This document shows positions 18,919 to 29,201 of a DNA stretch of 55,424 nt, one piece after another; position 1 is the first letter of the stretch; every line of letters starts with the position of its first letter. Position numbers and translations under genes: made by a program. Where the stretch lies: positions 1 through 55,424 of the forward strand of contig JAEEYG010000092.1 in NCBI GenBank assembly GCA_016291695.1. Direction: 5' to 3'. The notes under the pieces were generated by a model. The model was not told the origin of the DNA. It made no database searches and was given only the letters and a program-made list of their open reading frames with translations. Origin of the DNA: Clostridia bacterium (GTDB lineage: Bacteria; Bacillota; Clostridia; TANB77; UBA1234).

Positions 18919-18952
18919 AAAACACCTTGGTTTTAGCCAGGGTGTTTTTTAT
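18919..18952 (+). terminator. spoVG terminator
   Basis: The sequence is aacaccttgg-tttta-gccagggtgtttttt. Confidence 0.75.
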
Positions 18953-18958
18953 TTTCTA

Positions 18959-18987
18959 TTGACAGTTTACATAAGGTGATATATAAT
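18959..18987 (+). promoter_or_regulatory. Consensus promoter of cassette B
   Basis: TTGACA (18959-18964), a 17-nt spacer, then TATAAT (18982-18987). Confidence 0.6.
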
Positions 18988-19043
18988 TCGTTTGTTGTTA
19001 GTAAGCATATTCGACTATTGATATTTCATGAGGAGGAAAACGT

Positions 19044-19547
19044 ATGTACATGCCTGACCTGATGGGTATTCCTGCTTTTTTTCAGTCTTTCACCACTGAG
19101 AACGGAGAAACTGTGTCTGATATCTATGAGGCCATCAAACGGATGAATCGCAAAGAAAAGGTCACTGTTCACCTTAGACTATTCAATGGCTACCTTTCAC
19201 ACTTCGTTATATCCAAAATTGATATTGTCTCCAGCAAATTAGTGCTATTCTACAGAGACAATAAGGCATATTCTGTGAACAATATCCGCGTGGATATGAG
19301 ACCGCTTAAATCAAAGACTATGCGGTTTGAGCTCTCTCAAGACAAGGTTATCTCATTTGACCTTGCGAGGAAAAGTAACTTCAAAGAGATTACCGACTGG
19401 CTTTCGCAGGGCAAAGAGATGAAGGTCATCTACGCTGATGATGAGAACCCGGAGTTAAAGTGCACAATTATGGGTGTAAATCAGTTTGATCCTGAAAAGC
19501 TCATTTTTTCTAACACATACGGACTCAAATGCATTATTGTTGACTGA
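19044..19547 (+). CDS. Hypothetical protein, high-GC cassette B
   Basis: 167 aa with the RBS gaggagg. G+C and codon choice (ctg, atc, gac, ttc) are unlike the neighbours. I recognise no motif. Confidence 0.6.
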   Translation: MYMPDLMGIPAFFQSFTTENGETVSDIYEAIKRMNRKEKVTVHLRLFNGYLSHFVISKIDIVSSKLVLFYRDNKAYSVNNIRVDMRPLKSKTMRFELSQDKVISFDLARKSNFKEITDWLSQGKEMKVIYADDENPELKCTIMGVNQFDPEKLIFSNTYGLKCIIVD

Positions 19548-19557
19548 AACAATATAT

Positions 19558-19594
19558 AAAGGCTCATAGGGTATTCTATGGGCCTTTATTTTTA
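19558..19594 (+). terminator. Terminator of cassette B
   Basis: The sequence is aaaggctcatag-ggtatt-ctatgggcctttattttt. Confidence 0.7.
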
Positions 19595-19659
19595 TCCTAT
19601 ATAGTAAACTAGCTATAATTATTGTATAATCAAATAGACCAAAACGTTAGGAGATTAAA

Positions 19660-21471
19660 ATGTTCAATATAAAAGAAGAACTTAAAAAGCTTCCAGAAAA
19701 GCCTGGAGTATACATAATGAAAGATAAGGACGATAATATCATCTATGTTGGTAAAGCAGTTGTCCTTAAAAATAGAGTTAGACAATATTTCCAGAAGAAC
19801 AATAAGACTGAAAGAATTAAAAAGATGGTTTCATTGATTGACCATTTTGAATACATTGTTGTTGATACCGAAATGGAAGCACTAATTTTAGAATGTAATT
19901 TAATAAAGCTTCATAGGCCAAAATATAATGTCCTACTAAAGGACGATAAAATGTATCCGTTCATCAAAGTTGGACTAAACGAAACTTATCCCACAATTAG
20001 AATTGTAAGGCGCAGAATTAATGATGGAGCAAAATACTATGGTCCATTTACAAATGCTTATGCAGCAAAGGAAACGGTTGACTATTTGAACAAAAACTTT
20101 ATGTTAAAACACTGTCGAAAAGCCTTTAAAGAGGGTAAGTTTGAAAGTCCTTGTTTAAATTTTCATATTAAAAGATGTTTAGCTCCATGTGCTGGAAAAA
20201 TCTCTAAAGAAGAGTATTTAAATAGAGTTAAACAAGCTATGGCGATTTTAGACGGCAAAGGAAATGATGCAATTAATGCTCTTTATGATGAAATGGAAAC
20301 CGCTTCTCAACATTATGAATTTGAAAAAGCTGCAGAAATTAGAGATAGAATTGCTAACATTGAGAACCTTCTTGAAAAGCAAAAAATAGACATGTTTAAT
20401 GAAAATGATATCGATGTAATTGGAATTTGTAAGTGCCAAGATAAAGCAGCAATTGAAATTTTTAGCATTAGAAATAGCAAAATGCAAAAAGGCGAAAACT
20501 TTATATTTAGAGATGTCAAAGATATTAGTGAGGAAGAGCTCTTAGAGAACTTCATTAAGCAATACTATAATGCTGATAATGTTCCTGGAAAGATTCTGTT
20601 TAAATATGAGATTGAATCTCTAGAGCTTATTAAAGAATGGCTTTTAAATATAAGTGGCAGAAAGAGTATTGAAATAAAGATACCGAAAATAGGCGAGAAA
20701 ATGCGTTTTATTGAAATGGCAGAGAAAAACGCCGAGATTGCTCTTCAAAACAAAACTACAGTATTTGAAGAAAACGAAAATGTCTTGGAACTTATGAAAC
20801 TATTGTCATTAGATTCACTTCCAAAAAGAATTGAGAGCTATGATATCTCAAACATTTCTGGTACTGATACGGTTGCAGGTATAATTGTATTTGAAAATGG
20901 CAAGCCAAAGAAAAACGAGTATAGAAGAATAAAAATAAAAACGGTTAGTGGGCAAGATGATTTGGCGTCTCAAAGGGAAGCATTAGAAAGAAGATTAAAA
21001 TATCTTACCCCTGATGAAGAATTTGATAAAAATCCTTTCGGAGAGAAACCAGATTTAATATTGATGGATGGTGGAATAAACCAGATAAGAGTTGCAAAAG
21101 ACGTTGTTAATAGTTTAGGTCTAGATATAGAAGTATTTGGAATGGTTAAAAATGAAAAGCATAGAACTAGGGCAATTTTAGACGAAAACGGAAAAGAATA
21201 TGATATTTCTAAAAATACGAAACTATTCAACTTTATTACTTTTATACAAGATGAAGTTCATAATACTGCTATTAATTATCATAGAAAACTAAGAGAACAA
21301 AAAATGAAAAAATCAGCATTAGATGATATTCCTGGAATAGGTACGAAGAAAAAAGAACTTCTATTATCTAAATTTGGTTCAATTGAAAAAATGAAGAAGG
21401 CTGGAGTAGAAGAATTATGTAAAATTAAAGGTATAACTCGAGAACAAGCAGAAGAAATATGTAAACTATAA
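19660..21471 (+). CDS. uvrC: Excinuclease ABC subunit C
   Basis: It has a GIY-YIG N-terminus (PGVYIMKD..IIYVGKA..LKNRVRQYF), a UVR domain and a C-terminal HhH; 603 aa. Confidence 0.95.
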   Translation: MFNIKEELKKLPEKPGVYIMKDKDDNIIYVGKAVVLKNRVRQYFQKNNKTERIKKMVSLIDHFEYIVVDTEMEALILECNLIKLHRPKYNVLLKDDKMYPFIKVGLNETYPTIRIVRRRINDGAKYYGPFTNAYAAKETVDYLNKNFMLKHCRKAFKEGKFESPCLNFHIKRCLAPCAGKISKEEYLNRVKQAMAILDGKGNDAINALYDEMETASQHYEFEKAAEIRDRIANIENLLEKQKIDMFNENDIDVIGICKCQDKAAIEIFSIRNSKMQKGENFIFRDVKDISEEELLENFIKQYYNADNVPGKILFKYEIESLELIKEWLLNISGRKSIEIKIPKIGEKMRFIEMAEKNAEIALQNKTTVFEENENVLELMKLLSLDSLPKRIESYDISNISGTDTVAGIIVFENGKPKKNEYRRIKIKTVSGQDDLASQREALERRLKYLTPDEEFDKNPFGEKPDLILMDGGINQIRVAKDVVNSLGLDIEVFGMVKNEKHRTRAILDENGKEYDISKNTKLFNFITFIQDEVHNTAINYHRKLREQKMKKSALDDIPGIGTKKKELLLSKFGSIEKMKKAGVEELCKIKGITREQAEEICKL

Positions 21472-21480
21472 TGGTATTAA

Positions 21481-21514
21481 AAAAACAGCAACCAAAAATT
21501 AGTTGCTGTTTTAA
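21481..21514. terminator. Bidirectional terminator (uvrC / mscL)
   Basis: The sequence is aaaaacagcaac-caaaaatta-gttgctgtttt. Confidence 0.8.
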
Positions 21515-21519
21515 AATAC

Positions 21520-22017
21520 TTATTCTTCTTCTTTAAGTTCAGATGTACAATGAGGACATCTTGTTGCTTTTATTGGAATTACAGATAAGCAGTAAGGGCA
21601 TTTCTTTTCTGTTGGTGCTTCTTTTTCTGGCTCACCTTTTTTCTTTCCAAGGTTCATAAGCTTGTTAACAGCTTTTACCATAAGGAAAATGCATAGAGCC
21701 ATGATCAAGAAATTAACAATTGAAGTAATGAAGTCTCCCCAATTAATAGATAAAGCAGAAGCGGCTTCTGAATCAAGTCCTGTGTAGTCAACCCATGGGA
21801 GCTTTAATTGTCCTGCAATTTCAGCACCTCCAATAGACTTAATTAATGGGTTAATGAAATCATTTGTAAGAGCAGTAACAATGTTACCAAATGCAGCACC
21901 AATAATAACGCCGACTGCCATATCCATAACATTACCTTTTAGAGCAAATTCTTTGAATTCTTCCATGAATTTTTTTGACTTATTTTTTGCTTTAGAAATG
22001 TCAATTTTTTTATCCAT
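21520..22017 (-). CDS. mscL: Large-conductance mechanosensitive channel with a C-terminal zinc-ribbon tail
   Basis: The start is placed at ATG 22017 (MDKKIDIS...) behind the RBS aaggag. The MscL core is FKEFALKGNVMDMAVGVIIGAAFGNIV. There is an extra C-terminal CPYC...CPHC. Confidence 0.85.
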   Translation of the reverse strand: MDKKIDISKAKNKSKKFMEEFKEFALKGNVMDMAVGVIIGAAFGNIVTALTNDFINPLIKSIGGAEIAGQLKLPWVDYTGLDSEAASALSINWGDFITSIVNFLIMALCIFLMVKAVNKLMNLGKKKGEPEKEAPTEKKCPYCLSVIPIKATRCPHCTSELKEEE

Positions 22018-22221
22018 AATAATTCTCCTTTTCTTTAAATTATGCTTAAAATAGCATATTTGATTCATTTTTATATTATAAAATATACCTAGTATTGTCA
22101 ATAAACCGCTAAAAATTTAGTTCTCAAAATACATAAAAAAGTAATATTATTTGTAAAATTCATTTTATTATAGCGCTAAATGTGGTATAATTCCTTTTAA
22201 TAGTGTTTGTAGGTGGTGAAT

Positions 22222-24024
22222 ATGGCACTTTATAATGAAGATTTTATAGATACAGTAAAATCAACTTGTGATATTGTTGATGTTATATCTGGCTATGTTA
22301 ATTTAAAAAGACATGGCTCTACTTTCTTCGGAAATTGCCCGTTTCATAGAGAAAAGACCGCTTCTTTCGCTGTCACTCCAGAAAAGCAGATATACCATTG
22401 CTTTGGGTGCGGTGTAGGTGGAAACGTAATAAACTTTATAATGAAAATTGAAAACATAAACTTTAAAGAAGCCGTTGAATTCCTTGCTGAAAAGGCAAAT
22501 ATTCCTTTGCCAGTTGCAGATAACACATCTGAATCTCAAGAAGAAGCAAAAATTAAAGATTATCATAAGAATCAAATGTATTCTATTAATAAATCTGCAG
22601 GAAAGTTCTTTCACCAAAATATATATAATTCTAAGATTGCAAAGGATTACATTAATACAAGAAAACTTAGCATAAGCACTATTAGAAAGTTTGGAATTGG
22701 TTTTGCGACAGGCAATAATTCTTTATACAGATTCTTGAAATCAGAAGGATATAAAGATGACGATATGCTTGCAACAGGGCTTATTGGAAAGAATACTCGT
22801 GGCGAGTTATATGACAAGTTTAAAGATAGATTGATGTTTCCTATTTTTGATGTTAGAGGTAGGGTAATTGCTTTTGGCGGTAGAGCTATTTTACCATCAT
22901 CAGAGTTGAAAGCCAAAAATATACCTAAATATGTAAATTCACCTGAAAATCTAATTTATAAAAAGGGAAATCATTTATATGGTTTAAATATTGCAAAAGG
23001 CTCTAGTGGCAAACTTAAAAGAATTCTTGTTGTTGAAGGATATATGGATGTTGTTTCACCACAGTCATTTGGTGTAACAAATGTCGTAGCATCATTAGGA
23101 ACAGCGCTTACCGAAAATCAAGGAAAGCTATTAAGACAATATGCCGATGAAGTAATACTTTCATATGATTCAGATGAAGCAGGTCAAAACGCAATTCTAA
23201 GGGGTATTGATATTTTACAAAAACTTGATGTTATTTGTAAGGTTCTTATAATGGAAAATGCAAAAGATCCAGACGAGTACATTCTTAAGTATGGAGTAGA
23301 AAAGTTTAATGCTCTTATCGACAACAGTATTACAGCAACAGAATATAAAATTAAGGTATTAGAGAAGCAATATAATCTAAAAGATACTACAGAGAAAATA
23401 AAGTTTTTAAATAAGATGGCCATAGTTTTAGCAGGAGTTACTAACAACATCGAAAGAGATATATATGTTGAAAAGTTATCTAAGGAATTAGGTGTAGGAA
23501 AAGAAGCAATAATTGCTGAAATTGAAAAACACTTGTTTAAAGATAAAGCAAAGGAAAAACCTTTATTGATATCAGTAGTTAACAATAAATCTAAGAGTAG
23601 TGATACTACAAATTTAGAAGAAAGTATTATATATTTGCTAACTTTGAAGAATCAGGATGTTTATAATAAAATTAAAAGTCTTGTTGATATTCAAGATTTC
23701 AGCGATGAAGTAAACAGAGCATTATTAGGTAAGGTTTACAATGCCTATATGAAAAATAATTTTAATGAGATGGATTTTACATCCATTTGTGAAAACGAGG
23801 CAGAACTTAGTAAAATTACCAAAATAATGGTCAAAGATACTAACATTACTGATCTAGACAAGGCTACAGATGAGGTCCTTGGATTCTTTAAAAATGCAAA
23901 ACTGCAGCAAAGGAAAAATGACCTAGTTTCACTAATTAAAAACACTCAAGATACGGCTCTTAGAAGTACATACGAGAATGAATTAAATTCAATTATTCAA
24001 AGCTCTGGAACAAATACCTTATAA
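22222..24024 (+). CDS. dnaG: DNA primase
   Basis: It has a zinc finger ([11 protein letters not shown]...[10 protein letters not shown]) and Toprim motifs ([15 protein letters not shown]). The start may be ATG 22222 or GTG 22213. Confidence 0.95.
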   Translation: MALYNEDFIDTVKSTCDIVDVISGYVNLKRHGSTFFGNCPFHREKTASFAVTPEKQIYHCFGCGVGGNVINFIMKIENINFKEAVEFLAEKANIPLPVADNTSESQEEAKIKDYHKNQMYSINKSAGKFFHQNIYNSKIAKDYINTRKLSISTIRKFGIGFATGNNSLYRFLKSEGYKDDDMLATGLIGKNTRGELYDKFKDRLMFPIFDVRGRVIAFGGRAILPSSELKAKNIPKYVNSPENLIYKKGNHLYGLNIAKGSSGKLKRILVVEGYMDVVSPQSFGVTNVVASLGTALTENQGKLLRQYADEVILSYDSDEAGQNAILRGIDILQKLDVICKVLIMENAKDPDEYILKYGVEKFNALIDNSITATEYKIKVLEKQYNLKDTTEKIKFLNKMAIVLAGVTNNIERDIYVEKLSKELGVGKEAIIAEIEKHLFKDKAKEKPLLISVVNNKSKSSDTTNLEESIIYLLTLKNQDVYNKIKSLVDIQDFSDEVNRALLGKVYNAYMKNNFNEMDFTSICENEAELSKITKIMVKDTNITDLDKATDEVLGFFKNAKLQQRKNDLVSLIKNTQDTALRSTYENELNSIIQSSGTNTL

Positions 24025-24037
24025 AGGAGGACTTAAA

Positions 24038-26023
24038 TTGAAAAAGTCAAATAGCATTAAGTCAAAATCAACAAACAAACAAGTTAATAATTCAAAGAAA
24101 AAGGTTCAAGTTAAAAAGGCTGTTTCAAAAAAGCCAGTAAAGAATACAAAAAAAGTGACAAAACAAGTTTCTAGAATAAAAGTGCAACCTAAAAAGGTCA
24201 GCAAAAAAGCTACTAATTCAAAATCTAGAGTACCAGTTAAGAAGGTAAAAGAAGCTCCTAAAAAGACGAATTCAAAACTAAATAAAAATGTTAAGACTTC
24301 TTCTAAAAATCAAAAACTTAGCAAAAAAGTAACTAATGCTAAGTCTAAGGTTAATGTTAAGAAGTCTACTTCTAAAGCCGTAAAACCTATTAAAATAGAG
24401 AAGATATCAAAGAAGATGATTAAACCAGCATCTAAAAAACAGGTTATAAGCAAACAAACTAAAAATGTGCAACCAGTTAAAAAACAAAGTCTTCAAAAAT
24501 CTAAGGGAAAGGTTGCACCGAAAAATTCTATACCAATAAAGAAGAAGGTTGAAAAAAGTACTGTGGATAAAAAATCTAAAAAAATAGAGAAGGTGTCTCA
24601 AAAACCTGTTAAGAAAACGCCAGACACTAAGAAAGTTAAAGTTGAGAAAAAATCAACTACTGTAAAAGAAGAAAAGAAAGTAACGACTAAAAAGTCAAAT
24701 GAGATAAACAAAAAGAGTTCTCAAATTGCAAATGAGAAGAATTTGAAAAAGAAAGCATTAGAAGAAAAGCAAGAAAGCATTGATCTAGAATCAATTAATC
24801 AACAAGATAACGAAAATAAGTTACCTAACAAAGAAGTACAACCTAGTCAAAAGAATACTAAAGGCAAAAAAGAAAAATCATTAATCGATGCCGATCAAAT
24901 TTCATTTTTGAAAGGCGAAGATAGTAACGCTACAGTTGAAAACATTATTCAGGCATTTCAGAAAAAAGGCACTATTACTTTTAAAGAACTTGTAGAAACT
25001 CTTGAAAAATTACATCTAGACGTTGAAACAATCGAAAAAGTATATGAAGCACTAGAACAAGCCAATGTTGACGTTATTGAAGATATTGACGATATTAATG
25101 ATGATACATTAGAACCAGATATTGATGAATTAGACAAAATTGAAGAAGAGATTAATCTAGACACTGATTCTCAAGATTTAGATTTAATGGATCAAGTTAA
25201 TATCGAAGACCCAGTTAGACTATATCTAAAAGAAATTGGTAAGATTCCACTTCTTACAGCAGAAGAAGAGATTGAGTGTGCAAAAGCAATGCTTGCTGGT
25301 GATGAGAAAGCTAGAAAGAAGCTATCTGAATCAAACTTAAGATTAGTTGTAAGTATTGCAAAAAAATATGTTGGTAGAGGAATGTTATTCCTTGATTTAA
25401 TCCAAGAAGGAAACCTAGGATTAATCAAAGCAGTAGAAAAATTTGACTATAGAAAAGGATTTAAGTTCTCAACATATGCTACATGGTGGATAAGACAAGC
25501 TATTACAAGAGCTATAGCTGACCAAGCAAGAACAATTAGAATTCCTGTTCACATGGTTGAAACAATTAATAAACTAATTAGAACACAAAGACATTTACTT
25601 CAGTCTTTAGGTAGGGAACCAACTATTGAAGAAGTTGCTGAAGAGATGGAAATGCCAGTAGAAAGAGTTATGGAGATTAAGAAGGTTTCTCAAGAGCCTG
25701 TTTCTCTTGAAACTCCTATCGGTGAGGAAGAAGATAGTCACTTAGGCGATTTTATTCCTGATGATGATGCTCCATCACCATCTGAACTTGCAGCGTATAC
25801 ATTATTAAAAGAACAACTAAACGAGATTATCGAAACTCTTACTCCTAGAGAGGCAAAAGTATTAAGACTAAGATTTGGTTTAGATGATGGAAAAGCTCGT
25901 ACACTTGAAGAAGTTGGTAAGGAATTTAACGTTACAAGAGAGCGTATTCGTCAGATTGAAGCTAAAGCACTTCGTAAATTAAGACATCCAAGTAGAAGTA
26001 AGAAACTTAAGGATTACATGTAA
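24038..26023 (+). CDS. rpoD: Primary sigma factor (sigma-70/SigA) with a Lys-rich N-terminal extension of about 240 aa
   Basis: The TTG start follows aaggagg. Regions 1.2-4 are canonical ([60 protein letters not shown]). The N-terminus is K/V/S/T low-complexity sequence with internal repeats. Confidence 0.95.
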   Translation: MKKSNSIKSKSTNKQVNNSKKKVQVKKAVSKKPVKNTKKVTKQVSRIKVQPKKVSKKATNSKSRVPVKKVKEAPKKTNSKLNKNVKTSSKNQKLSKKVTNAKSKVNVKKSTSKAVKPIKIEKISKKMIKPASKKQVISKQTKNVQPVKKQSLQKSKGKVAPKNSIPIKKKVEKSTVDKKSKKIEKVSQKPVKKTPDTKKVKVEKKSTTVKEEKKVTTKKSNEINKKSSQIANEKNLKKKALEEKQESIDLESINQQDNENKLPNKEVQPSQKNTKGKKEKSLIDADQISFLKGEDSNATVENIIQAFQKKGTITFKELVETLEKLHLDVETIEKVYEALEQANVDVIEDIDDINDDTLEPDIDELDKIEEEINLDTDSQDLDLMDQVNIEDPVRLYLKEIGKIPLLTAEEEIECAKAMLAGDEKARKKLSESNLRLVVSIAKKYVGRGMLFLDLIQEGNLGLIKAVEKFDYRKGFKFSTYATWWIRQAITRAIADQARTIRIPVHMVETINKLIRTQRHLLQSLGREPTIEEVAEEMEMPVERVMEIKKVSQEPVSLETPIGEEEDSHLGDFIPDDDAPSPSELAAYTLLKEQLNEIIETLTPREAKVLRLRFGLDDGKARTLEEVGKEFNVTRERIRQIEAKALRKLRHPSRSKKLKDYM

Positions 26024-26083
26024 AATTTGCATTTACTTTTTAAATATTATATAATTGCTATGTAATATTAAGGAGGATAATAT

Positions 26084-26764
26084 ATGGGTAAATATAAAGG
26101 CTTGATTGTGACTATAATAATTGTCGCCGCTCCACTTGTTTGGCTTATTTTAAGACTTAGCGCAATAAAAGCTGAAGATGAGATCAATTATACAGACATT
26201 GAGAATTCAATTAATCAGATTTCTGAACAGTATATTTCAGATAGTAAACAATCAGGCGATACAGATACAGATGAAAAAGCTTCTGGTGAAAAGACTGGAA
26301 GTAAATATGGTACTCCTATTAGTAAAATAATAGAAAATGCGAAGATTAATGTTGCTTCTGCTAATGTTTATGCAGAACCAGATGAGACCTCGGGAGTAAT
26401 TGGATCAGCATATAAGGATATTCCTATTGCGGTTCAAGACTATCCAAATGGTTGGTCTATGATTAGAATAGACGAGTTATCTGGATGGGTTAAAACTGAA
26501 TACATAACAAAACCTGACGAGGCAAGTTCTACATCTGAAGTTCTAGGAACTGTTATTGGTAAGAGAGCAAAAGTTAAAGTAACTAACTTAAGAGTTAGAA
26601 GTTCTGCTTCTTCTGCATCAGACAATATAATCGATTCACTTAAAGATGGAGATGAAGTTAAGATTATAGGAGCTAATGATGATGAGTCATGGCTACAAGT
26701 CCAATACGGAACAAAATCTGGTTGGATTTCTGGTAACACAAATTATGTTACAATTTTAGATTAA
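26084..26764 (+). CDS. Membrane-anchored protein with two bacterial SH3 domains
   Basis: There is an N-terminal TM helix and two SH3b-like segments (ANVYAEPDETSGVIG...GWSMI...GWVKTEYI and LRVRSSAS...GDEVKII...WLQVQYG.KSGWISG). Confidence 0.75.
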   Translation: MGKYKGLIVTIIIVAAPLVWLILRLSAIKAEDEINYTDIENSINQISEQYISDSKQSGDTDTDEKASGEKTGSKYGTPISKIIENAKINVASANVYAEPDETSGVIGSAYKDIPIAVQDYPNGWSMIRIDELSGWVKTEYITKPDEASSTSEVLGTVIGKRAKVKVTNLRVRSSASSASDNIIDSLKDGDEVKIIGANDDESWLQVQYGTKSGWISGNTNYVTILD

Positions 26765-26797
26765 GTTTTGTAGTTTACTTAATAGAAAGATTGTTTT

Positions 26798-29099
26798 ATG
26801 AGATATTCTGTGCTTATATGTATTGCACTAGTTTTAGGAATATTGTGGGGGCTATATAATTTATATATAGCTCCCTTTTTTTTATTACTGACTATCATTT
26901 TATTGTATTTGACTAAGAGCAAGTTTAAAAATATAAAAAGAGTGATTATTACTTTTAGTGTGTTTTTTGTTGTAGCAGTTGCTTACATGTCTTATAAGAA
27001 CTCAATATTTGAAACAAAATATCAAAATAATTCTATTATAGAGGATACAGGTATTTTACTTGACTTATTATCTAGTGGAGATTATTACAATAAGTATATT
27101 TTTCAAAACTCTTATAACGATAGATATATTATATATATACCCAATATTATTAACGTAAATCCAATGGATGTTGTTAGTATAAAAGGAACCTTTGAAAAGC
27201 CTTCAAAAGCTCGAAATGTTAATTGTTTTGACTACTCAAAGTACTTGTATTCTCAGAATTTGTATGGTTCTATTTACGTTAAAAGCTCCAATGATATAAG
27301 CATTGTAGGTAAGAGTACTAACTTTTTTTATTTGCTGAAGCATAATATAGTAAATACTTTTAAGAGAAATCTACATGATAGAAATTTTAGCATTCTTTTA
27401 GGAATGATAATAGGCGATACAATCTATATAGATAGCGAAATTAAAGATAGTTTTAAAGCTTGTGGGATTACTCATATACTAGCAGTATCTGGAAGTAATA
27501 TATCTTATTTGATTTTATTCTCTAGGTTTTTATTAGAAAAACTATTTGGCAAAAAGCTTTCAAATTATCTTTCAATAATAATTATTATATGTTTTATCAT
27601 TATCTCCGGCTCATCCGCTTCTGTAATGAGGGCACGGCATAATGGCAATAATTATAATTCTATCTGATATTCTATTTAAAAAGGCAGATACTATTTCGTC
27701 GTTGTTTGTTTCAGCTATTGTTATAATTACACTTAATCCTTTTTCAATATTTGATATTGGTTTTATCCTTTCTTTCGGTGGAACTCTTGGAATAGTATTA
27801 TTAAACCCCAAAATTAATACATATCTTACTAGCAAATTTAATACGCTTAACAACTCGTTAAAGGCTTTTATAATAGAAACTTTAAGCGTAACAATTTCTG
27901 CACAAATTATAATTCTTCCAATTATGTGCTATTCATTTAATTCAGTTTCTGTTGTATCCTTACTAGCAAATCTAGTAATAGCCCCATTAATTCCTTTTAT
28001 CACAATTGTTGGAATACTAATGTATATATTTAGTATTTTTAGTTATAATCTTTCAATGTTATTTGCGTATCCACTTAATTTTTCTATTAGTTTACTAATC
28101 AGCATATCAATAGTCTTATCTAGTTTTCCTTATGCAATGATATTAGTTCCTAGCCCTACTTATCCAATGATTACAATATATTATTTATTGACATTCTATT
28201 TGTTTAAGCAAAGGTCTAACTATGACAAATATATAAAATATATCTTATATCTTGTATCTATAATAATTATTATTTCTTTAGTTATTCCCAAAAACCATGT
28301 TGGAGTTAATTTTATAGATATAGGGCAGGGTGATTCTACGTTAATTAGAACAACTAAGAACCATACTATTTTAATTGATGGTGGAGGCTCTGAACAAAGT
28401 GACTATGATGTTGGAGAGAAGGTATTACTACCTTTTCTATTAAAGAATGGCATTATTTCAATAGATGTTATGGTAATTTCTCATTTCCATGAAGACCATG
28501 TAGAAGGGCTTATAACAGTACTAGAAAAACTAAAAGTAAATAAGATTATAATTGGCTTGCAAGGTAAAAGTACAGAATTGCTGGACAAAGTTTTATCGAT
28601 TTCGAGTAAAAAGAACATACAAGTTTGTGTACTAAAGAAGGATGATAAAATAGTTATCGATGATATAATTTTAGATGTTCTTTTCCCAAACTCTAATTAT
28701 GAGCAGCCAAATAATCTAAACAACAACTCTTTAATTATAAAAGCCAAAGCATTTGATACTACAATACTTTTTACTGGAGACATGGAAGTTCCTGAAGAAG
28801 AGGCATTATTGCGAGAAGTAACTAAAGATACCTTAAAGTCAACAATACTAAAAGTAGGACACCACGGCTCAAAAACGTCCTCTTCTAAAGAATTTCTTTT
28901 AAAAGTATCACCTTCTATATCTATCATTAGCTGTGGTGTTAATAACAAATTCGGACATCCAAACAAAGAAGTGGTAGAAAGACTTAAAGAACTTGGCACA
29001 AGAATATATAGAACAGACCTTCTAGGACAGATAACAATTAAGGTTCAAAAAAATAATAAGATTTCTATTTCACATGTATTAGAACCTTCTGATTTGTGA
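26798..29099 (+). pseudogene. comEC: DNA internalisation competence protein ComEC/Rec2, split by an apparent 1-nt insertion near 27635
   Basis: The two track ORFs (26798..27667 and 27642..29099) are the N- and C-parts of one ComEC. Skipping one nt after gca (27632-27634) gives ...SASVMRA-GIMAIIIILSD..., which matches the conserved ComEC (S)V(L/M)RA.IM segment. The C-terminus is a metallo-beta-lactamase domain (ISHFHEDHVEG, GHHGS). Confidence 0.8.
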
Positions 29100-29201
29100 C
29101 ATTTTGGTGAACATATTGCTTTTTACAAAAATATATAGTATTATGAATTAGCAGACGGAAATTCAGAGTGCTAAATTCACATATAAAGGAGATGATACAA
29201 A

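Noticed and set aside
24038-24760. The Lys-rich region considered as a separate histone-like gene upstream of rpoD.
   Set aside because: There is no stop codon or internal RBS separating it from the sigma-factor regions. It is continuous in frame, so I treat it as an N-terminal extension (see findings).
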